The notes beneath the pieces are model-generated. The model made no database searches and was not told the origin of the DNA. It was given only the letters and a program-made list of their open reading frames with translations. Shown piece after piece: positions 1-7,679 of a stretch of 25,996 bases of DNA. Positions within the stretch are counted from its first letter, which is position 1. Each line of letters opens with the position of its first letter. A program made the position numbers and the translations under genes. Source of the stretch: an uncultured Pseudomonadales bacterium (GTDB lineage Bacteria; Pseudomonadota; Gammaproteobacteria; Pseudomonadales; Natronospirillaceae); the NCBI GenBank assembly GCA_963925745.1, contig CAWUUZ010000054.1, positions 1-25,996 on the forward strand. Reading direction: 5' to 3'.

Positions 1-855
1 GGCCTTGGCAAAGGGCTTGGCGCACTTATCTCACAATCGCAAGCTGACAACATTGATGTCAATGACCCTGGTATCAAGGGCGAATTGCGGCATTTACCGA
101 TTGAGTTCATCCAGCAGGGCAAATACCAGCCGCGTAAAGACATGGATCAGGAGGCGCTTGAAGACTTGGCAGCGTCAATCCGCGTGCAGGGTGTTATGCA
201 GCCCATTGTCGTAAGACCACTGCAGGATGGCCTTTTTGAAATTATTGCGGGTGAACGCCGCTGGCGTGCATCACAACTGGCGGGTTTGCATGACATTCCT
301 GCCCTGGTGCGCGATGTGTCTGATGAAGACACCATTGCCATGGCCTTGATCGAAAACATACAGCGTGAAAACCTCAACCCGATGGAAGAAGCCATTGGTT
401 TGATGCGGTTACAGCATGAATTTGAGTTGACCCAACAAGAGGTGGCAGATGCCGTCGGCAAGAGCCGCGCAACCGTTGCCAACCTGCTCCGTTTGATCGC
501 CCTAACACCCGAAGTCAAAACATTGCTTGAGCATGGTGATTTAGAAATGGGCCACGCACGGGCATTGCTTGGCGTGCAGGACCAGCAACAGGAAGCTGCG
601 GCGCGCTTGGTGGTTCAAAAAGGATTGACCGTTAGGCAAACTGAAGCGCTGGTACGAAAACTCCAAAAACCACAAAAGACACCCACCCTGCAACGTGCTG
701 ACAATGACCCCAATATGCGGCATCTGCTTGACCGTTTGGGCGAAACACTGGGCACGCCAGTGGCTATTCAGCAGGGCAGTAAGGGCAGGGGAAAGTTGGT
801 GATTAGTTATAGCTCGCTTGATGAGTTAGATGGTATTTTGCGTCATATCAAGTAA
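1..855 (+). CDS. parB: Chromosome partitioning protein ParB (Spo0J type), 5' end truncated by the window
   Basis: Frame 1 is open from base 1 (GLGKGLGALIS, the ParA-stimulating LGRGL-like motif) and in frame with ORF 85..855. It contains QPR, the GERRWRA CTP-binding box, ALIENIQRENLNPMEEA, an HTH and a C-terminal dimerisation segment (GKLVISYSSLDELDGIL). Confidence 0.97.
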   Translation, partial: GLGKGLGALISQSQADNIDVNDPGIKGELRHLPIEFIQQGKYQPRKDMDQEALEDLAASIRVQGVMQPIVVRPLQDGLFEIIAGERRWRASQLAGLHDIPALVRDVSDEDTIAMALIENIQRENLNPMEEAIGLMRLQHEFELTQQEVADAVGKSRATVANLLRLIALTPEVKTLLEHGDLEMGHARALLGVQDQQQEAAARLVVQKGLTVRQTEALVRKLQKPQKTPTLQRADNDPNMRHLLDRLGETLGTPVAIQQGSKGRGKLVISYSSLDELDGILRHIK

Positions 856-865
856 ATCTAATATA
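844..865. promoter_or_regulatory. Putative operator (imperfect copy of the TAYATTAGA-N4-TCTAATRTA palindrome) upstream of the DUF2892 gene
   Basis: catatcaagtaaatctaatata matches the palindrome at 3757-3778 at 15/22 positions. The right arm TCTAATATA is intact; the left arm is degenerate and overlaps the parB stop. Confidence 0.35.
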
Positions 866-941
866 CCTGTCAATCCGGTGTCTATTTGTCCGCTGTTAGA
901 CCATACTTTTGAGGGCGTTAACCACCTTCAGGAGTATGGCT

Positions 942-1124
942 ATGAAAATGAACATAGGTATTGAAGATCGCTGGGTTAGGGTCGCATTGGGATTGGTGGT
1001 GATTGCAGCTGGTGTTTATTTGCAGTCTTGGTGGGGTCTGGTTGGCCTTGTACCCCTGGGTACAGCAGCCATTCGTGTTTGCCCACTCTACCTGCCCTTT
1101 GGATTATCAACGATCCGCAAGTAA
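942..1124 (+). CDS. DUF2892 / YgaP-like small inner-membrane protein
   Basis: MKMNIGIEDRWVRVALG...GLVPLGTAAIRVCPLYLPFGLST fits the family pattern (N-x-G-x-x-D-R-x-x-R, two TM segments, CP-x-Y-x-x-x-G-x-ST). AGGAG lies 7 nt before ATG 942; 936 is an alternative start. Confidence 0.9.
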   Translation: MKMNIGIEDRWVRVALGLVVIAAGVYLQSWWGLVGLVPLGTAAIRVCPLYLPFGLSTIRK

Positions 1125-1222
1125 GCACCCACAAGGCAGTACCGACAAGGTAGTACCTACAGGTTAGTGCCTACAGGTTAGTGCCTACAGGTTAGTTCCG
1201 ACAGGTTAGTACCCCTAAGGCA
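1125..1222. repeat. Tandem array of 7 x 14-bp degenerate units (VNTR-like), consensus GTRCCKACARGTTA
   Basis: Units: 1125 gcacccacaaggca, 1139 gtaccgacaaggta, 1153 gtacctacaggtta, 1167 gtgcctacaggtta, 1181 gtgcctacaggtta, 1195 gttccgacaggtta, 1209 gtacccctaaggca. Confidence 0.92.
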
Positions 1223-1238
1223 CACCCTGTGTGCCTTA
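1216..1238. terminator. Perfect 10-bp hairpin between convergent genes (possible bidirectional terminator or stabiliser)
   Basis: taaggcacac-cct-gtgtgcctta lies between the DUF2892 and can stop codons. There is no strong U-tract. Confidence 0.5.
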
Positions 1239-1248
1239 TCCACCCCTA

Positions 1249-1887
1249 CTAAAACTCCGCATCCAGTCTAAAAATGGGTGCAACGCTGTCCAGAGAATCA
1301 CAACTCTGTTTTAGGTCTATGATCACGCCATCAAAGATGGAATAAATCCAGCCGTGTACCGTGACCGATTGCCCACGGCGCCAGGCGTTTTGAATGGTTT
1401 TGGTTTTGCAGAGGTTTTGCACCTGGGTCTGTACATTGAGTTCACACATGCGGGCGTGCTTTTCGGTTTTGGTGCTCAGGGTATTCAATTCCGCTTCGTG
1501 GTCGAGGTAGGTCTCCTTGACCTGTCTCAGCCAGGTATCTACTAAGCCATTATCATGACGTCCCAGCGCCGCTTCTATGCCCCCGCAACCATAATGGCCA
1601 CAGACAATCACATGCTTTACTTTAAGCACGTCTACCGCATATTGCAGCACCGAATGGCAGTTGTAGTCAGTGGCATGTACCACATTGGCGATGTTTCGGT
1701 GTACAAAGAGTTCACCTGGCTCTAAGCCGACAATTTGGTTGGCTGGGACACGGGAATCGGAACAGCCAATCCACAGATATTCGGGTGTTTGTTGGCCGGC
1801 AAGGTGGTCAAAATAGGCAGGGTCCTGGTCTAAACATTGTTTGGCCCAGTCTTTGTTTTTTTCTAATAGATGCAGCAACGAAGTCAC
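1249..1887 (-). CDS. can: Beta-class carbonic anhydrase (Can type)
   Basis: Zinc-ligand motifs YLWIGCSDSRVP and HVIVCGHYGCGG, plus ELFVHRNIAN, ELNV and VHGWIY. GTG start at 1887 is preceded by AGGA; the ORF track start at 1911 is probably too long. Confidence 0.95.
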   Translation of the reverse strand: MTSLLHLLEKNKDWAKQCLDQDPAYFDHLAGQQTPEYLWIGCSDSRVPANQIVGLEPGELFVHRNIANVVHATDYNCHSVLQYAVDVLKVKHVIVCGHYGCGGIEAALGRHDNGLVDTWLRQVKETYLDHEAELNTLSTKTEKHARMCELNVQTQVQNLCKTKTIQNAWRRGQSVTVHGWIYSIFDGVIIDLKQSCDSLDSVAPIFRLDAEF

Positions 1888-2013
1888 AGTCAGGATCCTA
1901 GTGCAAATCAAGGTGTGTTGATTTTACACCATTTTCGCCAACTGCCTACGATTAGACTGCCCGATGGGCACTGCAAAGTTCATAAGAGGGGTGTTAGGGT
2001 CGGACTGCATGCT

Positions 2014-2038
2014 AAAAAGGTGCGCTGAAGGCGCACCT
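2014..2038 (-). terminator. Rho-independent terminator of cdr
   Basis: Minus strand reads aggtgcgc-cttca-gcgcacct-tttt, 12 nt after the cdr stop. Confidence 0.75.
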
Positions 2039-2050
2039 GTAACACCGAGA

Positions 2051-3709
2051 TTACTTGCCAATACGCTCTGTCATCAGATAGCTGGTATAGCCACCGGTGA
2101 GATTGCGGACCTGATATCCCAGTTGGTGCAGGATTCTAAAGGCCACATAGCCACGAAGTCCTACGGCACAGAAGACCAAAATGGGGCAGTCTTTGGGCAG
2201 TTGCGACAACTGATCACGCAAGGTTGGCAAAGGAATATTAAGGGCATTGGGTATGGTACCCAATCGGCCTATCTCACAGGGTTCTCTCACGTCCACCAAG
2301 AGGGGATCGTCACCACAGGCAAGCGCTTCCTCCGGATGGCAAATCAGGTGCTCTCCCTCAATGACATTGCTCGCCACAAATCCAGCCTGGTTAATAATAT
2401 CCTTCGCCGAACCGTAAGGCGGCGCATAGGACAGCTCAGCAGAGGCCATGTCGTAAACGGTCATGTTGGCGCGAATCATGGTTGCGATGACATCTATCCG
2501 CTTGTCGATTCCCTGCTTACCTAGGGCCTGAGCACCTAGGATGGCACCAGAAATAGGGTCAAATAACAGCTTGAGGTTAATCTGCTCGGCGCCGGGGTAA
2601 TAGTTGGCGTGGTCAGCAGCGTGGGCATATATTTTTTCATACTGCAGGCCTAACTGCTTTAGGCGCTTTTCATTCAAACCGGTCACGGCCACGGTTTGAT
2701 CAAACACCTTGCAAATGGCAGTGCCTTGGGTGTCCTGGTAACGGCTGTCGCGTCCAAAGATAACATCAGCCGCGATGCGTCCTTGGCGGTTAGCAGGCCC
2801 AGCAAGGGGCACCAGCGAAGGTTCGCCACTAACGAGGTCTCTGACCTCAATGGCATCACCAACGGCGTATACGTCGGCTACAGAGGTCCGCATCTGATCG
2901 TCAACCAGGATGCCACCGCGGCTTCCGAGTGCAATGCCCGCCGCACTGGCCAGACTGGTTTCAGGGCGTACCCCAATGGCCATGACGACCATATCGACAT
3001 CCAACTCGGTGTTGTTGCTTAACGACAGACAGACGCCTGTGCCCTTGGAGGCAATGGCGGTCACGCCAGCACCGAGGGTTAAAGCAACGCCATGCGCACG
3101 TAATTCTTGGTGGAGCGGTGTCGCCATTTCCGCATCAACGGGCGCCATAACCTGATTGGAAAGTTCAATCATGCTGGTTTTGATGCCCCGTTGAATCAAG
3201 GCCTCTGCCATTTCCAGACCAATAAACCCGCCGCCCAAAACGGCTGCGGTTTTGGGTAGGTCTTGGTCAATCTTCTGAATGATTTTATCCATATCAGGGA
3301 TGTTGCGTAGCGTATAGACCAGGGGGTGGTCTGCACCCGGAAAGGGTGGCACAAAGGCGCGTGCGCCTGGGCTTAACACCAGCTGGTCATATTTTTGGAC
3401 ATAGTCTGTGTTTAATCGGCGGTTGTGTACTGTGACGGTTTTGTCCTGGGTGTTGATAGACAGGACCTCGGTCTCTATACGCACGTCGAGGTTAAATCGG
3501 TCTTTCATGGACTGGGGTGTTTGTACCAGTAGTTTGTCGCGGTCTTCAATGGTGCCACCAATATGGTAGGGCAATCCGCAGTTGGCAAAGCTGATAAAAC
3601 TGTCGCGTTCAAATAGGATAATGTCTGCTGTTTCCGACAGGCGTCGGGCTCTTGCCGCAGCCGATGCGCCGCCAGCAACGCCGCCGACGATAACGAGTGT
3701 TTGTGTCAT
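2051..3709 (-). CDS. cdr: CoA-disulfide/persulfide reductase with C-terminal rhodanese domain (CoADR-RHD, Npsr-like)
   Basis: FAD motif GGVAGG, redox Cys in SFANCGLPY, nucleotide motif GGGFIGLE followed by an acidic residue (IELS, NADH-type), YAPPY, and a rhodanese domain (LVDVRE...FCAVGLRGY). Confidence 0.92.
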   Translation of the reverse strand: MTQTLVIVGGVAGGASAAARARRLSETADIILFERDSFISFANCGLPYHIGGTIEDRDKLLVQTPQSMKDRFNLDVRIETEVLSINTQDKTVTVHNRRLNTDYVQKYDQLVLSPGARAFVPPFPGADHPLVYTLRNIPDMDKIIQKIDQDLPKTAAVLGGGFIGLEMAEALIQRGIKTSMIELSNQVMAPVDAEMATPLHQELRAHGVALTLGAGVTAIASKGTGVCLSLSNNTELDVDMVVMAIGVRPETSLASAAGIALGSRGGILVDDQMRTSVADVYAVGDAIEVRDLVSGEPSLVPLAGPANRQGRIAADVIFGRDSRYQDTQGTAICKVFDQTVAVTGLNEKRLKQLGLQYEKIYAHAADHANYYPGAEQINLKLLFDPISGAILGAQALGKQGIDKRIDVIATMIRANMTVYDMASAELSYAPPYGSAKDIINQAGFVASNVIEGEHLICHPEEALACGDDPLLVDVREPCEIGRLGTIPNALNIPLPTLRDQLSQLPKDCPILVFCAVGLRGYVAFRILHQLGYQVRNLTGGYTSYLMTERIGK

Positions 3710-3756
3710 GGGTAATGTCCGTTGAGGTTGATGACACGAAGTATGATAGGAGACGC

Positions 3757-3778
3757 TATATTAGTAAACTCTAATGTA
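3757..3778. promoter_or_regulatory. Palindromic operator candidate upstream of cdr
   Basis: tatattag-taaact-ctaatgta has 7 of 8 complementary arm positions and lies about 50 nt upstream of the cdr ATG. Confidence 0.55.
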
Positions 3779-3860
3779 TCTATTGTTGATCCTCGTCAGT
3801 GTGGGTTTTGTAAGGATACAGGGACGGGGGTCAGGAATGGGCAGGGATAAATTCAAGACG

Positions 3861-3890
3861 AAAAAAAACCGGCATCAGCCGGTTTTTTTT
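3861..3890. terminator. Rho-independent terminator of deaD (symmetric A8/T8)
   Basis: aaaaaaaaccggc-atca-gccggtttttttt is a perfect inverted repeat 14 nt after the deaD stop. Confidence 0.92.
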
Positions 3891-3904
3891 AGCAACCAAC
3901 AGCG

Positions 3905-5707
3905 TTAGCTGCGAGGCTCACGTGGTGTGCGTGGACCACTTCGAGCGCCAGGGTTCTTACCCTTGTAGCCACCCTTGTCATCACGTGAACCACCTTCACG
4001 ACGTGGCGGTGGTGTGTCGCTCCATTCACGGATTTCCAATTCACGGTTACGAACGCGAATTTTGCGAATCTTGGCTAACATGTCAGCAGAGATGGTTGCA
4101 GGCAACTCGATGGTACTAAAGGTGTCTGCAATACGGATACTGCCGATATTAGCGCTGTCGATACCCGCTTCGTTTGCGATAGCGCCAACGATGTCGCCAG
4201 GGCCTGCACCATCAGAACGGCCAACGGCCAAACGGTAGGTGATTGCACCAGGGGTAGGGGCACGGTCTCTACGAGGCCGATCTTCACGCTGTCTTCCTTG
4301 ATCTCTTCCTTGCTCTCTTGATCGACCTTCATTGGGTCGCTCACGACGTGCTTTGCTAGGATCAACAACAAAATCGTCAATGCCACCAACGACAAATAAC
4401 GGATTTTCTTGCTGTGCCATCCAAGCGAGGGTTGTCGCTATATCCAATGGCTCAAGACCATGGTTTTCATGGAGATCGACAACCAAGTCTTGAAGCGCTT
4501 TCTGCTCAGGGCGGCCAGAAACGGTTGCAATGGTCGCAATCAGTTCAGTTTTGAAAGCGGCAATGCGTGACGCACTGACTTCTTCAGCTGAAGGCAACTT
4601 GTATTCAGCAATAGGCGCCTTGATCTGTTGTTCAATGGTACGCAACAAACGCTGCTCGCGTGGCGTAACGATGATGATCGCCTTGCCTTCACGGCCTGCA
4701 CGGCCAGTACGACCGATACGGTGTACATAGGATTCGCTGTCATAAGGAATGTCGTAGTTGATCACGTGGGTGATACGCTCAACGTCCAAGCCGCGGGCAG
4801 CGATGTCGGTTGCAACCACAATATCCAGCTTGCCATTCTTTAGCGAGTTAACTGCTTTCTCACGCTGCGTCTGGTTCATATCACCATTCAGGGCAGCAGC
4901 AGAGTAGCCACGTGCTTCTAACTTTTCAGCCAGCTCTTGGGTAGCGGTTTTTGTGCGTACAAAAATAATCGCGGCATCAAATTCTTCTACTTCCATGAGA
5001 CGCGTGATGGCGTCCAATTTGCGATTTTGTTGCACCATCATATAACGCTGATCAATACGATCGACCGTTTTTGATTCCGGTGTGATGCGTATTTCAACAG
5101 GGTTCTTCAAATATTGCTCAGTCACCTTTTGAATAGGCTTTGGCATGGTTGCCGAAAACAAAGCAACCTGTCGCTCTTTTGGTGTGTGCTCCAAGATCCA
5201 CTGGACATCGTCAATAAAGCCCATGCGTAGCATTTCGTCTGCTTCGTCGAGTACCACGGTCTTGAGGTCTTTTAGATCCAAGCTGCCTTTACGCAGGTGG
5301 TCCATAACACGACCCGGTGTACCAACGACTACATGTACGGGGCGAGACAAGGCGCGCAGCTGTACACGCATATCCTGACCACCGTAGATAGGCAGTACAT
5401 GGAAGCCTTTTATAAAGCTTGCGTACTTCTGAAACGCTTCGGCAACCTGAATAGCGAGTTCGCGTGTCGGTGTCAGCACGATTGCCTGTGGCTTTTGGGC
5501 AGTGGGATCAATGTTGCACAGCAATGGTAACGCGAAGGCAGCGGTTTTACCGGTACCAGTCTGGGCGATACCCAGAATATCCCTTCCTGCCAACAGTGGT
5601 GGGATGCTTTGCGCCTGAATTGGGCTGGGCTGTTCATATCCCACGCTAGCCAGTGCTTTCATGACTGGCTCTGATAACTGAAGGTCTTTAAAAGAAAGGG
5701 TATTCAT
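3905..5707 (-). CDS. deaD: ATP-dependent DEAD-box RNA helicase DeaD/CsdA
   Basis: Q motif GYEQPSPIQ, AQTGTGKT, PTRELA, TPGR, DEAD, SAT, ARGLD and HRIGRTGRAG; DbpA-type RNA-binding domain (YRLAVGRSDGAGPGDIVGAIANEAGI); Arg-rich tail. Confidence 0.96.
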   Translation of the reverse strand: MNTLSFKDLQLSEPVMKALASVGYEQPSPIQAQSIPPLLAGRDILGIAQTGTGKTAAFALPLLCNIDPTAQKPQAIVLTPTRELAIQVAEAFQKYASFIKGFHVLPIYGGQDMRVQLRALSRPVHVVVGTPGRVMDHLRKGSLDLKDLKTVVLDEADEMLRMGFIDDVQWILEHTPKERQVALFSATMPKPIQKVTEQYLKNPVEIRITPESKTVDRIDQRYMMVQQNRKLDAITRLMEVEEFDAAIIFVRTKTATQELAEKLEARGYSAAALNGDMNQTQREKAVNSLKNGKLDIVVATDIAARGLDVERITHVINYDIPYDSESYVHRIGRTGRAGREGKAIIIVTPREQRLLRTIEQQIKAPIAEYKLPSAEEVSASRIAAFKTELIATIATVSGRPEQKALQDLVVDLHENHGLEPLDIATTLAWMAQQENPLFVVGGIDDFVVDPSKARRERPNEGRSREQGRDQGRQREDRPRRDRAPTPGAITYRLAVGRSDGAGPGDIVGAIANEAGIDSANIGSIRIADTFSTIELPATISADMLAKIRKIRVRNRELEIREWSDTPPPRREGGSRDDKGGYKGKNPGARSGPRTPREPRS

Positions 5708-5752
5708 CAAATTTTTTGCCTATGGTTGGCGTCTGTAAAAGGAGGGGCGTGC

Positions 5753-5780
5753 ATTGTATATAAATCGATCACCAATGCAA
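5753..5780 (-). promoter_or_regulatory. Putative sigma70 promoter of deaD
   Basis: Minus strand TTGCAT-16 nt-TACAAT, 46 nt upstream of the start codon. Confidence 0.45.
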
Positions 5781-5904
5781 CGCCAAACGCTCCAGCCTGC
5801 AAATATAACCTGACAATGTTGGTGGGTTATGTTGACACCCGAAAACCCCGGCGCACTGAAAGGTCAACAACACAGCTGCCGCTGTGTCTCATATTATGCG
5901 GTAT

Positions 5905-6822
5905 CTATGCAGGTACCCTTTGGGTAATCCACTGCACAATATCCGTCATGACCGTTTCCCTGTTTAGCTCATTAAGCAGTTCGTGGCGGGCATCTGGGTA
6001 GATGGTTTGGGTCATGTCGGCCATTCTGACACGACCCAAGGCATCCGCCAAGAGATTGATGCCTGTACCAAATCGGGATACGGGGTCCTGCCCACCGCAT
6101 ACCAGCAATGTCGGTAAGCTGTGGGGAAAGTTGTTAAAAGCGTCCGGCTGCACATAACGCAGGTTTGCCTCAATGACGCCGATCCAGAGCTGGTTTGAGA
6201 CCCTAAAGCCACAATAGGGGTCTTCTATGTAGGCCTTAACCTGCTGTGTGTCCCGACTGAGCCAGTCGAAATCGGTCGCATTGGGTTTAAAGGCGCTGTT
6301 AAATTGTTTAAAGCTGAGGGTGTTGAGCAGTTCACTCGTGCCCTCTGGTCCCTGACGCCAGCGTTCAAAGCGAGCCACCTGCAATCCACGCCAGAGTTCA
6401 AATCGTGGCTGTAAACCGGCACCACAGAGAATGGCGCCTGCCAGGGGGCCATCTAAAGGCTGGGTTAACAGATCCATAGAGATATAGGCACCCATCGAAC
6501 ATCCCATCAGGAAAATGGGCGCGTCAGGTTCAATCATCTTGGCCTGTTGCCACCCCGCCTTGACGGCAGAAAGCAGATCGTTCCAGGCATCTACCTGTCC
6601 GATATCCAGTTCGTCACACTGTTCGCCATGTCCGGGCAAATCAACCGCGACGAGGTTGATATTGTGATCCGTCAGGGTGTCGCCAAATTGCCCATAGCGC
6701 CCACTGTGCTCCGCCATGCCGTGTACTAACAGCAGGGTAGCGATGGGTGCCTTGCAACGCCACGCACGATAAGGAATGGGCTTGGCCTGAGGTATATCGA
6801 TAAAGTCTTCTTCATAGTGCAT
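5905..6822 (-). CDS. Alpha/beta hydrolase, lysophospholipase/monoacylglycerol lipase-like (Hydrolase_4)
   Basis: VHGMAEHSGRY, DLPGHG, nucleophile elbow G-C-S-M-G, GGQDPV (Asp) and ARHELLNE (His). Confidence 0.88.
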   Translation of the reverse strand: MHYEEDFIDIPQAKPIPYRAWRCKAPIATLLLVHGMAEHSGRYGQFGDTLTDHNINLVAVDLPGHGEQCDELDIGQVDAWNDLLSAVKAGWQQAKMIEPDAPIFLMGCSMGAYISMDLLTQPLDGPLAGAILCGAGLQPRFELWRGLQVARFERWRQGPEGTSELLNTLSFKQFNSAFKPNATDFDWLSRDTQQVKAYIEDPYCGFRVSNQLWIGVIEANLRYVQPDAFNNFPHSLPTLLVCGGQDPVSRFGTGINLLADALGRVRMADMTQTIYPDARHELLNELNRETVMTDIVQWITQRVPA

Positions 6823-6858
6823 GGCACGGTTTCCCTATCACACCCCGAGGGTGCGGAT

Positions 6859-7524
6859 TTATTCGCTGGTAATGGGTTCTAGCGTCAGCATCACACGGCG
6901 GTTTTCTGCGCGCCCTTCGGCTGAGTCGTTGCTGGCGATTGGTTGTTCCTCACCATGTCCATAGGCAGCAATACGGGCCAATTGAATGCCCTTAGCAGAC
7001 ACATAATGGGCAACGCTCATGGCCCGCCGTTCGCTGAGGCTTTGATTATATTCCATGCTGCCGACGGAATCGGTATGGCCATCTATTGTAATCAGGGTGC
7101 TTTCAAATTCCTCTAGGACCACCACCACACCCTCGAGTGTTTTGGTGAAATCGGATGTGAGGTCAGCCTGTCCCGATGCAAAGGTGATGTTAGAGGGCAG
7201 GTTCAATATGAGGTTGTCGCCGTCGCGGGTAACACTGACGCCGGTGCCTGCAAGACGATCACGCAAAGCCGCTTCCTGTTTGTCCATATAGGTACCGACA
7301 GCTGCACCAGACAGGGCGCCAATGCCAGCACCTAAGATAGCACCCTTTTTACGGTCGTTTTTTGACAGCGCCATGCCAAGTATGCCGCCAATAGCGGCGC
7401 CGGTCATGGCTGTCTTGGAGGTGCCGGTTAATTTTTCTTCACCGGTAAGGGGGTCAATGGTCATACAGCCCGTGATAAATAGGGTGGCCATGGCGGTGAT
7501 CAAAAGCTTGGAAGTCAGGTTCAT
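6859..7524 (-). CDS. OmpA-family outer-membrane lipoprotein (YiaD-like: glycine zipper plus OmpA C-terminal domain)
   Basis: Lipobox FITGC, glycine-zipper GAAIGG/GAGIGALSG, and peptidoglycan-binding motifs GHTDSVG, NQSLSERRA and NRRV. ATG 7524 follows GGAG. Confidence 0.92.
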   Translation of the reverse strand: MNLTSKLLITAMATLFITGCMTIDPLTGEEKLTGTSKTAMTGAAIGGILGMALSKNDRKKGAILGAGIGALSGAAVGTYMDKQEAALRDRLAGTGVSVTRDGDNLILNLPSNITFASGQADLTSDFTKTLEGVVVVLEEFESTLITIDGHTDSVGSMEYNQSLSERRAMSVAHYVSAKGIQLARIAAYGHGEEQPIASNDSAEGRAENRRVMLTLEPITSE

Positions 7525-7679
7525 GAAATCTCCAAAAAATGGGCGCGACATCGGCGCATCTCATGGCACAGGGTGCCTAATAGCGTAGCCTAATAGTCGG
7601 CACAATGTATGAACAATGTGTACCCGTACCCCTGCCTTGCCCCTGGCAGACCACCCGATGCTCGGAGTATCAGTACCGC

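Noticed and set aside
1125-1222. CRISPR array or plasmid iterons
   Set aside because: The units are contiguous with no unique spacers, only 14 bp long, and no cas or rep gene is nearby.
1235-1245. DnaA box (ttatccacc) suggesting oriC
   Set aside because: A single one-mismatch copy, with no box cluster or AT-rich unwinding element.
1249-1887. COS/CS2 hydrolase role for the carbonic anhydrase, given sulfur-related neighbours
   Set aside because: The motifs are those of the ordinary Can-type enzyme (WIGCSDSRVP, HRNIAN). Known COS/CS2 hydrolases belong to a different, shorter beta-CA clade.
1964-2524. 186-aa plus-strand ORF
   Set aside because: An antisense shadow of cdr with no recognisable motif. 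The same applies to the other short overlapping ORFs in the track (e.g. 22750..23157, 23815..24222, 25460..25792).
4290-4320. 12-bp repeat inside deaD (tctcttccttg)
   Set aside because: It encodes the low-complexity Arg/Gly/Glu linker (EQGRDQGRQR), which is normal for DeaD proteins.
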